DNA of 64,000 bases. Source: an uncultured Sphingomonas sp. (lineage in GTDB: Bacteria; Pseudomonadota; Alphaproteobacteria; Sphingomonadales; Sphingomonadaceae). Shown piece after piece: positions 1-9,158 of this stretch. The DNA lies in the NCBI RefSeq assembly GCF_964237155.1, contig NZ_CAXSHH010000001.1, positions 45,891 to 109,890 on the forward strand, given 5' to 3'. The position numbers were made by a program, and so were the translations under genes. The notes beneath the pieces were generated by a model. That model saw only the letters and a program-made list of their open reading frames with translations. It was not told where the DNA came from and did no database searches. Within the stretch, counting starts at the first letter, position 1. Each line of letters begins with the position of its first letter.

Positions 1-77
1 GCACTCGCCACCGCTTAATAAGCGTTCGAAGCCTCCGAACGCCCCCGCGCCCTGCCCGACCTTCGCTGAACCGCGGC

Positions 78-2324
78 TTAGCGGCCAAGGTTGGTCAACG
101 CCAGCGTCAACAGGAAGCTGTTACCCGCGCGCGCATCGCCTGTGGCACGGTAATTGCGTCGCCAGGTCAGGCCCAGGCGAAGGCAGTCGTCCTCGTATTC
201 GACGCCTAACCGGTGGCGGATCGGGTCGAAGCCGTCGGCGACGGACAACGAGTCCTCGTCGCGATCGGTCAGGTCGACGACCGCCGATCCGAAGGCGGAC
301 CAGAAACGCGTGACCTGAACGCGGCCCGCGACGCGCGCCTCCTCACGATCCTGCAGGTCCTCGGTCAACGGCGCGATGTCGCGGTTCAAACGGATATAAC
401 CGAGCAGGGCGTAGGTGGCGCGGGTGCCAATCGTCGCATCCACCTCGTTGCGCCGCACCCCGAACCCGTCCTTGTCGAGGCGGAAGCGGTGGGTGAGCGC
501 CACGAAATCGCGAAAGCGGACTTCCGTGCGACCGACGTAGTCGGAGAACCGGTCGCTGAGCCCGGTGCCGTCGAAGAATATGCTTTCGCGCCGGCTCAGG
601 CGGTAGCTCTGCCCCACGACCGCGTCGATCAAAACGCCCGGCAAGCCGGCGATCCATTGCACGCCGTAGGTCGCGCGGGGGGTGTCCTCGAACCGGTCGT
701 AGCCCGGGAAGCGGTTAAGCGAGAAAAGGTTGGAGTCCTCCAGATCGACCGCGCGCGAGTCCTCGTTGGGGATCGAGAAATTGGCTAGGCGCGGGCTGGC
801 GACGATCTGCAGGCGCGGGATCAGCCGCTGCGTGCCGCCCCACAACGGCCCGATAAACGGCCAGCGCACGTCCACCGCCAACGCCCCGATCGCGCGATGG
901 CTGAACCCCTCGGTGCCTCGATAGCTTTCGACCGCTGTGGAGAGGATGTCGTTCGTGTTGTACGCGTCGGCGCGGGCATAGGCCGTCAGCGTCACCTCCT
1001 GGCCCATCGTCGTCAGTCGCCGGAGATCCCACCGCAGCGACGCGAACGCCCGCTGCGTGTCCTGCCCATCTGGGCGGGTGAGCGCGAGCGTGTTGAACTG
1101 CGCCTCGAACCGGCCGCCGACCAGCCCGTCCTCGAAGCGGCGGCGATAGTCGATTTCGGGGAAGGCGATCGGCTGGAGGCCCTGGCGGTCGTTGACGCGC
1201 AAGGTCTGCACCGCCCAGCCGGTGATCGACAGGTAGCTGTTCGGATCGACGCGCTCGACCCGGACGGTGCTGCGCAATCGGTCGTCGCGCGAAAGCTCGT
1301 ACCTGCGCAGGAAGGTGCGGTCCGTGGTGACGCGGAGCGATCCGCTGACCGACCATTCGGGCGACAGCTGGTAGCGCGCTAAGCCGTCGATATAGCCGCG
1401 CAAGCCCATGCTCGTATCGCTTGGGCGCTGAACGGTCAGGTCGTCCGAGCGGCGGCTGGCGGTGACGTGGCCGCCGATGCGGAACGCGCCCCGGCTGTCG
1501 AGCTGGCGGTACTCCGCGCGCAGCATCGGCAGTACGCTGGAATAGACCGTCGGCGCGACGAGCAACCCGCGATTGGGCGCGAGGCGGAAGTAATAGGGCG
1601 CGGTGACATTGACCCCGTTCGCCCGGTTGTAGCCGAAATTAGGGTTCAGGAACCCATTGTCGCTGCCGCCGCCGACCGCGGTCGAAAAGCTGGGCAAGGG
1701 GAGAACGGGCAGTCCGAACAAATGGAAACCCGGCCGGGTGAAATAAACGCGCGAGCGGTCGGGGCGGTAGGCGATCCGCGCGGCGGTGACCTTCCAGGAC
1801 GGCTCCTTGGGGCAACCTTCCGCATCGATCACGGCGCACGGGGTATAGGCCGCGCGGTCGAGTAGATAGGTCCCGCTCTCCTGCCGCGTACCCTTATCGG
1901 CGGCCAGGCGCCCGCCCTGTTCCAGGACGACGAGCAGGTTGTCCACCACCCCGTCCTTCAACGTGTCGGTGAGCTCGATCGAGTCGCCATAAGCGACGTC
2001 GCCCGCCGGATTGGCGACCGCGACGCCGCCCGTCGCGACGACCTGGCCGGTGGTGCGGTTCCAGGTGACGCGGTCGGCGCGGAGCCGTTCGCCCTCGCGC
2101 GTCATGCGAACCTCGCCGGTCGCGGTTACGATCTCGCCCTCGGTATCATATTCGATCTGGCCGGCGCTGAAGCGGATCTGGTCGGCGGTGGGCGACGGCT
2201 CGGGCTTGGGTGCGACGACCGGCGGGTCGACTGGTCGATCCTGAAGGTCCTGCGCGACGGCGGGCATCGTCCCGAACAGCGCGAACGCCAGGACGGAGCC
2301 CGCCAGTAGGGTGGAACGCGGCAC
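78..2324 (-). CDS. lptD: LPS-assembly outer membrane protein LptD (OstA family)
   Basis: 748-aa ORF. Signal peptide MPRSTLLAGSVLAFALFGTMPAVAQ. OstA-like N-terminal region (FSAGQIEYDTEGEIVTATGEVRMTREGERLRADRVTWNRTTGQV) followed by a long beta-barrel-type C-terminal part. Divergent from pepA. Confidence 0.88.
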   Translation of the reverse strand: MPRSTLLAGSVLAFALFGTMPAVAQDLQDRPVDPPVVAPKPEPSPTADQIRFSAGQIEYDTEGEIVTATGEVRMTREGERLRADRVTWNRTTGQVVATGGVAVANPAGDVAYGDSIELTDTLKDGVVDNLLVVLEQGGRLAADKGTRQESGTYLLDRAAYTPCAVIDAEGCPKEPSWKVTAARIAYRPDRSRVYFTRPGFHLFGLPVLPLPSFSTAVGGGSDNGFLNPNFGYNRANGVNVTAPYYFRLAPNRGLLVAPTVYSSVLPMLRAEYRQLDSRGAFRIGGHVTASRRSDDLTVQRPSDTSMGLRGYIDGLARYQLSPEWSVSGSLRVTTDRTFLRRYELSRDDRLRSTVRVERVDPNSYLSITGWAVQTLRVNDRQGLQPIAFPEIDYRRRFEDGLVGGRFEAQFNTLALTRPDGQDTQRAFASLRWDLRRLTTMGQEVTLTAYARADAYNTNDILSTAVESYRGTEGFSHRAIGALAVDVRWPFIGPLWGGTQRLIPRLQIVASPRLANFSIPNEDSRAVDLEDSNLFSLNRFPGYDRFEDTPRATYGVQWIAGLPGVLIDAVVGQSYRLSRRESIFFDGTGLSDRFSDYVGRTEVRFRDFVALTHRFRLDKDGFGVRRNEVDATIGTRATYALLGYIRLNRDIAPLTEDLQDREEARVAGRVQVTRFWSAFGSAVVDLTDRDEDSLSVADGFDPIRHRLGVEYEDDCLRLGLTWRRNYRATGDARAGNSFLLTLALTNLGR

Positions 2325-2492
2325 GGACAGGAGATGGGACCTTTTACTTGGCTCCGGACGTCCGCCCCAAACGGACGCCTCGAACGGCCCCGTCTATCGC
2401 ATCCGGACAAGCGCATCGCAATCGCGCGCTTTGCGCGTCCGCGGCGCTGGCCTAGAGAACAGGCAACCATCACCGACGAGGCCTCAGCACCC

Positions 2493-3968
2493 GTGTCCAT
2501 CTCTATCCGGTTTCAGCCGACCTTTCCCGACGACGCGGCCGTCGTGATCCTGCCCGTCGAGAAGGACGGCCTGGACCGGGTCGCCTGGGGGGCGCGCGAC
2601 GCCCTGCGTCCGATCGCGAAGGGCGCGGCGGCTGCGAACCGCTTCGCCGGCGAGGCGGGTACGACGCTCGAACTGTTCGTCGGCGATCCTGTACGCCACG
2701 TCGTGCTCCTGGGCGTCGGCGGCGCGGACGAGCCCGATTGGGAGAAGGCGGGCGGGGCGCTCACCGCGCGGTTCCTGGCCTCTGGCGCGGCCGAGGTGGC
2801 CGTCGATCTGTCGGCGCTCGCCGCCGCACCTGCGCCGAGAGCGGTCGCCCGCTTCGCCGCGGCGACGGTGCAGCGCGGGTGGCAGCATCACGCCTACCGC
2901 ACGAAGCTTCCCGAGAAGGCGAGGCCGACGCTAACGGGCGTGACGATCGCGGGCGCGCCGGAGGGGACGCAGGACGCCTGGGCGCACCAATTCGCGGTGA
3001 CGGGCGGGCTGGAGCTGACCATGATGCTCGTCACCGAGCCGCCCAACGTCCTCTATCCCGAGACGTTCGTCGAGCGCGTCCGCGCCGACGTGGACGGGCT
3101 GGGGCTCGAGATCACCGTGCTGGACGAGGCGGCGATGGCCGAGCTCGGCATGGGGGCGCTGCTCGCCGTCAGCCAAGGATCCGCGCGCGGGGCGCAGGTG
3201 CTGGCGCTGAAATGGAACGGCGCGGGGGACAGCGATCCCGCGCTGGCGCTGGTGGGCAAGGGCGTGACGTTCGACACCGGCGGCATCTCGCTAAAGCCCG
3301 GGCCCGGCATGGAGGACATGAAGTGGGACATGGGCGGCGCGGGCGCGGTCGTCGGCGCGATGAAGGCGCTGGCGTCGCGCAAGGCCCGGGCGAACGTCAT
3401 CGGCGTGTGCGGCTTGGTCGAGAACATGCCCGACGGCGCCGCCTCGCGCCCGGGCGACGTGGTGACCTCCATGTCCGGCCAGACGATCGAGATCCTGAAC
3501 ACCGATGCGGAGGGACGGCTGGTGCTGGGCGACGTGCTGACCTGGGTCCAGCGCACGCACCGGCCGAAGACGGTCGTCGATCTCGCCACGCTGACGGGCG
3601 CGATGATCGTCAGCTTGGGCAACGAATATGGCGGCGTGTTCGCCAACGACGACCCGCTGGCCGAACAGCTGCTGGCGGCGGGCCTGGCGACGGGCGACAA
3701 GCTGTGGCGCTTCCCGCTCTCGCCCATCTACGACAAGATGATCGACAGCCCCATCGCCGACATGAAGAACATCGGCGGCAAGGGTGCGGGTTCAATCACC
3801 GCCGCGCAGTTCGTCCAGCGCTTCGTCGAGGAGGGCGTGCGCTGGGCGCACCTCGACATCGCCGGGATGGTCTGGTCGGACAAGGCAGGGGCGACGCACG
3901 ACAAGGGCGCGACCGGCTACGGCGTGCGGCTGCTCGACCGGTTCGTGGCGGACAATTTCGAGGGCTGA
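2493..3968 (+). CDS. pepA: Leucyl aminopeptidase (M17 family)
   Basis: M17 signatures VGKGVTFDTGGISLKP and NTDAEGRLVLGD. The ORF opens at 2334, but the first 53 codons are Arg-rich and atypical. The in-frame GTG at 2493 (VSISIRF...) is the more plausible start, though this is uncertain. Confidence 0.9.
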   Translation: MSISIRFQPTFPDDAAVVILPVEKDGLDRVAWGARDALRPIAKGAAAANRFAGEAGTTLELFVGDPVRHVVLLGVGGADEPDWEKAGGALTARFLASGAAEVAVDLSALAAAPAPRAVARFAAATVQRGWQHHAYRTKLPEKARPTLTGVTIAGAPEGTQDAWAHQFAVTGGLELTMMLVTEPPNVLYPETFVERVRADVDGLGLEITVLDEAAMAELGMGALLAVSQGSARGAQVLALKWNGAGDSDPALALVGKGVTFDTGGISLKPGPGMEDMKWDMGGAGAVVGAMKALASRKARANVIGVCGLVENMPDGAASRPGDVVTSMSGQTIEILNTDAEGRLVLGDVLTWVQRTHRPKTVVDLATLTGAMIVSLGNEYGGVFANDDPLAEQLLAAGLATGDKLWRFPLSPIYDKMIDSPIADMKNIGGKGAGSITAAQFVQRFVEEGVRWAHLDIAGMVWSDKAGATHDKGATGYGVRLLDRFVADNFEG

Positions 3969-3981
3969 CGGACGGGCGGCG

Positions 3982-4422
3982 ATGCAGGTCGACTTCTACC
4001 ATCTCACCGCGCAGCCGCTGGATCGCGTCCTGCCGCGGATCGCGGAAAAGGTGCTCGCAGGCGGTGGCCGCCTGCTCGTCGTCGATCCGGACGAGGGGCG
4101 TCGTGAACGGCTGGACCGGCTGTTGTGGGAACATTCCCGCGAAAGCTTCCTGCCCCACGCGGTCGCGGGTGCGGGCGACGATGCCGCCCAACCGGTCCTG
4201 ATCGCGCCGGACCTGACGGCGGGCAACGCCGCCCGCAACGTGGCGCTCGTCGACGGCCGGTGGCGGGACGAGGCATTGGGCTTCGACCGGGCGTTCCTGT
4301 TCTTCGATGAGGAACGCGTCGGCGACGCGCGGATCGCCTGGAAAGAGTTGGCCGCGACGGAGGAGGTCCAACGCCGCTATTGGAAGCAGAACGAAGCGGG
4401 GAGGTGGCAGCAGGCGGCCTGA
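3982..4422 (+). CDS. holC: DNA polymerase III chi subunit
   Basis: 146-aa product starting MQVDFYHLTAQPLDRVLPRIAEKVL, a typical chi N-terminus. It lies directly downstream of pepA, which is the conserved pepA-holC pairing. The ATG at 3982 is in frame inside track ORF 3784..4422. Confidence 0.82.
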   Translation: MQVDFYHLTAQPLDRVLPRIAEKVLAGGGRLLVVDPDEGRRERLDRLLWEHSRESFLPHAVAGAGDDAAQPVLIAPDLTAGNAARNVALVDGRWRDEALGFDRAFLFFDEERVGDARIAWKELAATEEVQRRYWKQNEAGRWQQAA

Positions 4423-4499
4423 CGGTTGCGCCCTGAAGCTCCCCGCCCTAGGGCTCCGCGCGAATTCCGCACCGCATTATACAGGAGCCCGTGACCGCC

Positions 4500-4922
4500 A
4501 TGGCCGCGACCAGAACCTTCTCGATCATCAAGCCCGACGCCACCCGCCGCAACCTGACGGGCGCGGTGACCAGGATGCTGGAGGAGGCGGGCTTGCGCGT
4601 CGTCGCGTCCAAGCGCGTCCAACTGTCGCGCGACCAGGCGGAAGGGTTCTACGCCGTCCACCGCGAGCGCCCCTTCTTCGGCGACCTCGTCTCATTCATG
4701 ATCTCCGGACCCGTCGTCGTTCAGGTGCTCGAGGGCGAGGATGCGGTGCAGCGCAATCGCGACGTGATGGGCGCGACCAACCCCGCCAATGCGGAAGCGG
4801 GCACGATCCGCAAGGAATTGGCCGAGTCGATCGAGGCGAACTCGGTCCATGGCTCCGACTCCGAAGAGAACGCCGCGACCGAGATCGCCTACTTCTTCAA
4901 GCCGGAAGAGATCGTAGGCTAG
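4500..4922 (+). CDS. ndk: Nucleoside diphosphate kinase
   Basis: [11 protein letters not shown]-terminus and the NSVHGSDS active-site His motif. An alternative GTG start lies at 4491. Confidence 0.95.
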   Translation: MAATRTFSIIKPDATRRNLTGAVTRMLEEAGLRVVASKRVQLSRDQAEGFYAVHRERPFFGDLVSFMISGPVVVQVLEGEDAVQRNRDVMGATNPANAEAGTIRKELAESIEANSVHGSDSEENAATEIAYFFKPEEIVG

Positions 4923-4935
4923 TAGGCCGGGGGCG

Positions 4936-5454
4936 ATGGAGTCGCGGGTGAGGCGAGCGGAGGCGGGCGACGAGGCCGCGCTCGCGCTGGTCGCGGCCGC
5001 CACCTTCCTGGAAACCTATGCGGGCGTGGTGTCTTGCGGCGACATACTCGCGCACCTTGCCGCCAAGTGCTCGGCCGACTTCTTCTCCGCGTGGATCGCG
5101 AGTGCCGATCATGTCGTGACGCTGACCGAGCATCCGGACGGTGCCGCCCCGCTCGGCTTCACCGCGCTCACTCCCCCCGACTTCCCCATCGCGTTCGGCC
5201 CCGAGACGATCGAGCTGCGCCGCATCTACGTCCTGACGAGCGCGCACGGGTCGGGGCTGGGTGCGGCGCTGCTGGACCGCGCCGTCGAAGACGCTCGCGC
5301 GCTTGGCCGGACCCGGCTCGCGCTCGGTGTATATCCCGGCAACGCCCGCGCCCGCGCCTTCTACGAGCGGCACGCCTTCCGCATCGTCGGTGAGCGCCGG
5401 TTCCAGGTCGGTTCGGCCTCGTTCACCGACCCGGTGTACGCTCGCGCCATCTAG
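4936..5454 (+). CDS. GNAT family N-acetyltransferase
   Basis: 172 aa. Acetyl-CoA binding-type segment RIYVLTSAHGSGLGAALLDRAVEDARALG and the C-terminal ARAFYERHAFRIVG motif typical of GNAT enzymes. Confidence 0.75.
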   Translation: MESRVRRAEAGDEAALALVAAATFLETYAGVVSCGDILAHLAAKCSADFFSAWIASADHVVTLTEHPDGAAPLGFTALTPPDFPIAFGPETIELRRIYVLTSAHGSGLGAALLDRAVEDARALGRTRLALGVYPGNARARAFYERHAFRIVGERRFQVGSASFTDPVYARAI

Positions 5455-5533
5455 CGAAAGCGGCTACCGATGACGGGCTCCCACGCCCACGGCGGCTGCA
5501 CCGCGATATAGCGGACCCGGGTTGGCGGATCGG

Positions 5534-6085
5534 TCATCGGTTCACGAACTCCGAAAGGATGCGCGGATAAAGCCGGTGCTCGGCGATCAGCACGCGCGCG
5601 GCGAGCGTGTCGGGCGTGTCGCCGGGGAGGATCGGCACTTTCGCGCTGCCGAGCACCTCACCGCCGTCGAGCTCCTCCGTGACGATATGGACCGAGCAGC
5701 CGCCCACGGTATCGCCCGCCGCGATCGCGCGAGCATGGGTATCCAGGCCCTTGTATTTCGGCAGCAGCGAAGGGTGGATGTTGACGATCCGTCCGCGCCA
5801 CGTGGCCACCAACGCGTCCGACAGCAGGCGCATATAGCCCGCCAACGCGATCACCTCGACGCCCGCCTCGCGTAATGCGCGGTCGAGCGCGGCTTCGTAG
5901 GCGAGCTTGCCAATCCCCTTCGGCGAAAGCGCGAAGGTCGACAGCTCGCGCTCCACCGCCCAGGCGAGTCCGGCGGCATCGGGCTTATCGGAGGCGACGA
6001 GCGCGACCTCGTAGCCCCGCGCCTGCTCCACAAGCGCCATCATGTTCGATCCCCGGCCGGACAGGAGAATGCCGACGCGCCTCAC
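5534..6085 (-). CDS. purN: Phosphoribosylglycinamide formyltransferase
   Basis: VGILLSGRGSNMMAL N-terminus and NIHPSLLPKYKGLDTH formyltransferase motif. GTG start. Downstream of purM on the same strand. Confidence 0.93.
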   Translation of the reverse strand: MRRVGILLSGRGSNMMALVEQARGYEVALVASDKPDAAGLAWAVERELSTFALSPKGIGKLAYEAALDRALREAGVEVIALAGYMRLLSDALVATWRGRIVNIHPSLLPKYKGLDTHARAIAAGDTVGGCSVHIVTEELDGGEVLGSAKVPILPGDTPDTLAARVLIAEHRLYPRILSEFVNR

Positions 6086-6086
6086 T

Positions 6087-6114
6087 TCTCCCCTCCCGCT
6101 TTGCGGGAGAGGAA
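6087..6114. repeat. Minimal hairpin form of repeat family B (CTCCCGC-loop-GCGGGAG core) in the purM-purN spacer
   Basis: The sequence TTCTCCCCTCCCGCTTTGCGGGAGAGGAA fills the 30-nt gap between the purM stop and the purN GTG. The minus-strand arm GGGAGGGGAGAA is also the only SD-like sequence for purN. Confidence 0.45.
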
Positions 6115-6115
6115 A

Positions 6116-7219
6116 TCACGCAACATGCGTCGCGGTCCAGTCGGCGCGGGCGCTCCATGTCTCGACCGATCCGCGCACGGTGCAGCCTCGCGCTCCGGCC
6201 TCGATGCGACCGATCGTGAACACCGTCTCGCCCGTGGCCTCCAGCGCCGCCGCGACGGACTTGGCCTCGTCGGCGCCGACGATCACCGCCATGCCGATCC
6301 CGCAGTTGAAGGTGAGCGCGAACTCCTCGGGCTCGATCGACCCCTGCGCTTGTAGAAACGCCATCAGCCGCGTCTGCGGCCAGGCGTCGGCATCGACCAG
6401 CGCATGTGTTCCCTCCGGCAGCACGCGGGGGATGTTCTCCAGCAATCCGCCGCCGGTGATGTGCGCCAAGCCCTTGATCCGACCCTTGCGCAAGAGGGGC
6501 AGCAGGCTTGCCACATAGATGCGCGTCGGCGCGAGCAGCGTGTCGATCAGCAGATGATCCTGGTCGACCGGCGACGGCCGCCCAAGCTTCCACGCCCGGT
6601 CGGCCGCGAGCCGCCGGACGAGCGAGTAGCCGTTCGAATGCACCCCCGACGAGGCGAGCCCGAGTATGACGTCGCCCGCTGCGATGTTCGAACCGGTTAA
6701 CAACCGGTCGCGCTCTACCGCGCCGACGCAAAAGCCGGCCAGGTCGTAGTCGCCGTCGGCGTACATGCCGGGCATCTCCGCCGTCTCGCCGCCGATCAAG
6801 GCGCAACCGGCTTGCCGGCACCCCTCCGCGATCGACGCGACCACCTGCTCGGCGACCCCGGCGTCGAGCTTGCCGCAGGCGTAATAGTCCAGGAGGAACA
6901 GCGGCTCGGCGCCCTGGACGAGCAGGTCGTTGACGCACATCGCGACCAGATCGATCCCTATGCCAGCATGCCGGTCCCACTCGGTCGCAAGCTTCAGCTT
7001 GGTCCCGACACCGTCGTTCGCCGCGACGAGCAGCGGATCGACGAACCCCGCCGCCTTCAAGTCGAACAGCCCGCCGAAGCCGCCGAGCTCCGCCTCCGCG
7101 CCGGGCCGCCGTGTCGCTCTGGCGAGCGGCCCGATCGCGCGCACCAGCGCGTTGCCGGCCGTGATCGAGACGCCCGCATCGGCGTAGGTGTAGGGGCTGT
7201 TATGCCGATCGCTGCTCAT
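6116..7219 (-). CDS. purM: Phosphoribosylformylglycinamidine cyclo-ligase (AIR synthase)
   Basis: YADAGVSI N-terminus and DGVGTKL motif. The likely start is the ATG at 7219 ([12 protein letters not shown]) inside track ORF 6116..7243. Confidence 0.95.
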   Translation of the reverse strand: MSSDRHNSPYTYADAGVSITAGNALVRAIGPLARATRRPGAEAELGGFGGLFDLKAAGFVDPLLVAANDGVGTKLKLATEWDRHAGIGIDLVAMCVNDLLVQGAEPLFLLDYYACGKLDAGVAEQVVASIAEGCRQAGCALIGGETAEMPGMYADGDYDLAGFCVGAVERDRLLTGSNIAAGDVILGLASSGVHSNGYSLVRRLAADRAWKLGRPSPVDQDHLLIDTLLAPTRIYVASLLPLLRKGRIKGLAHITGGGLLENIPRVLPEGTHALVDADAWPQTRLMAFLQAQGSIEPEEFALTFNCGIGMAVIVGADEAKSVAAALEATGETVFTIGRIEAGARGCTVRGSVETWSARADWTATHVA

Positions 7220-7284
7220 GATCCGACCGCCTACCGAGAACACGCTTGGATTTCCACGCCCGCTTCGCCAAAAGGCGCGGCATC

Positions 7285-8538
7285 ATGGATCAGCCCCGCT
7301 CGACAGCGTTCCGTCTCGCCGGGGCGGCCGCACTGCTCGCCGCCGCGGGGGCCGGGATGGCGCAGATCGAGGGCGGCGACCGCGGCGTGGCGCCGATCGA
7401 CAGTTCGGGCGACTTCGAAGTGACCGGCATCGTCGTCGACGTGGCGGCGAAGACGCCCGACGCCGCGCGCTATGGCGGTTGGCGCGTCGCTCAGCGCAAG
7501 GCTTGGACCCAGCTCTCGAGCCGGCTCGGCGCGGGCGGGGCGGAGGTGTCCGACGGTACGCTCGACCAGCTGGTCTCCGCGATCGTCGTCGAGCGCGAGC
7601 AGATCGGCCCCACGCGCTACGTCGCGCGCCTGGGCGTGCTGTTCGATCGCGGCCGCGTCGGGTCGCTGCTCGGGATCGCCACCGGCGCGACGCGCTCGGC
7701 GCCGATGCTCGTCATCCCCGTCCAGTATTCGGGCGGCGTCGGCCAGGTATTCGAGGCGCGCACGCAGTGGCAACAGGCGTGGGCGCGATACCGGACGGGC
7801 AACAGCATCATCGATTATGTCCGTCCCGCCGGGACGGGCGCGGACCCGCTGGTGCTGAGCGCCGGCCAGGTCAGCCGGCCGGGGCGGCGCTGGTGGCGCG
7901 CGATCATCGATCAATACGGCGCGTCCGACGTCGTGATCCCGGTCGTACGCCTATATCGCCAATATCCCGGAGGCCCCATCGTCGGCGCGTTCCAGGCGCG
8001 CTGGGGCCCCGACAACCGATATCTGGGCAGCTTTTCGCTTCGGGTCGGCGGCGAGGCCGGGTTGCCCCAGCTCCTCGATGCGGGCGTTGCGCGCGTGGAC
8101 CAGCTCTATCAGGGAGCGCTCAGGAGCGGGGTGCTCCGCGCCGATCCGACATTGCTACCGCCACCTAGCCCCACGCCGATTTCGACGCCGAACGCCGTGC
8201 TCGACACGGTAATCCGGTCGCTGCCCGCCGATGGCTCCTCGCTGGCCGGGGCGGCGATCGCGGTCAACGTGCAATTCGAGACGCCCGACGCGGCCGCGGT
8301 CGCCGCGACGGAGGCGGCGGTGCGCGGGCTGGTCGGCGTGCGCTCGGCGACGACGACCAGCCTGGCGCTGGGCGGCGTGTCGCTCATGCGCGTCTTCTAC
8401 GACGGCGATCCGGCCGGGCTCGCCTCGTCGCTCGCGGCGCGGGGGTTCCAGATTTCGGGCGGCGGCCAGTCGCTCCGCATCGGGCGCGCCGCGCCCGCGC
8501 CGGCTCCCCCCCCGACCGCGCTGCCTCCCCCGGAATGA
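7285..8538 (+). CDS. Conserved hypothetical secreted protein (function unknown)
   Basis: 417 aa from the in-frame ATG at 7285. It has a signal-like segment AFRLAGAAALLAAAGAGMAQ. GC3-rich coding signal. The stop overlaps the hdaA start (ATGA). I recognise no catalytic motif. Confidence 0.6.
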   Translation: MDQPRSTAFRLAGAAALLAAAGAGMAQIEGGDRGVAPIDSSGDFEVTGIVVDVAAKTPDAARYGGWRVAQRKAWTQLSSRLGAGGAEVSDGTLDQLVSAIVVEREQIGPTRYVARLGVLFDRGRVGSLLGIATGATRSAPMLVIPVQYSGGVGQVFEARTQWQQAWARYRTGNSIIDYVRPAGTGADPLVLSAGQVSRPGRRWWRAIIDQYGASDVVIPVVRLYRQYPGGPIVGAFQARWGPDNRYLGSFSLRVGGEAGLPQLLDAGVARVDQLYQGALRSGVLRADPTLLPPPSPTPISTPNAVLDTVIRSLPADGSSLAGAAIAVNVQFETPDAAAVAATEAAVRGLVGVRSATTTSLALGGVSLMRVFYDGDPAGLASSLAARGFQISGGGQSLRIGRAAPAPAPPPTALPPPE

Positions 8539-9158
8539 GCCAGCTCGCACTGCCGCTCGCCTGGCCGGTGGATCCTGGGAGCGATACTTACCTGATCGGC
8601 CCGTCCAACGAACGGGCGGTACGCCAGCTCGAACGGCCCGCCGAATGGCCCGTCCGCACCGCGCTCTTGGTCGGCCCGCGTAAGTCCGGTCGCAGCTTGC
8701 TGGCGCGCATCTTTGCGGGAAAAAACGGCGGGATCATCATCGATGACGCTGAACGCGTGGCCGAGCCGACGCTGTTCCACGCATGGAACAGCGCACAGGA
8801 GAGTGGAACGCCGCTGCTCCTCGTCGCCGAGCGGTATCCGTCCGCCTGGGGGTTAGCACTTCCGGACCTCCGCTCCCGCCTGGCCGCCAGCCCCGTTGCG
8901 GAGATCGGCGCGCCCGACGACGCGCTGTTCCGCGCGCTGCTCGAGCGGCAGCTCGCACATCGAGGGCTGGACGCGCGGCCCGATCTGGTCGACTGGCTCG
9001 CGCGCAGGATCGAGCGCAGCCATCTCGCCGCGTTGCGCGCCGTCGATGCGCTCGATGCGTACGCGATGGAACGCCGTCGCGGGCTGTCCATTCCTTTCGC
9101 ACGTACTAGCTTGTTCGAGGCCGGGCTGCTGAGCCCGGTGGAGCCCGACCCGTCATGA
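8535..9158 (+). CDS. hdaA: DnaA regulatory inactivator HdaA (Hda homolog)
   Basis: N-terminal beta-clamp-binding-type motif QLALPL. Degenerate AAA+ Walker A region [11 protein letters not shown]. About 207 aa. The position next to ppk matches what is reported for Caulobacter hdaA-ppk1. Confidence 0.8.
   Translation: MSQLALPLAWPVDPGSDTYLIGPSNERAVRQLERPAEWPVRTALLVGPRKSGRSLLARIFAGKNGGIIIDDAERVAEPTLFHAWNSAQESGTPLLLVAERYPSAWGLALPDLRSRLAASPVAEIGAPDDALFRALLERQLAHRGLDARPDLVDWLARRIERSHLAALRAVDALDAYAMERRRGLSIPFARTSLFEAGLLSPVEPDPS

Noticed and set aside
1-77. Possible start of the gene downstream of lptD (surA-like) on the minus strand
   Set aside because: Only 77 nt are available, with no start codon or SD that I can defend, so it is not annotated.
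2738-4201. 487-aa ORF on the plus strand in an alternative frame of pepA/holC
   Set aside because: The composition is extreme in Arg, Gly and Ala. It fully overlaps pepA, which carries the M17 signatures in another frame.
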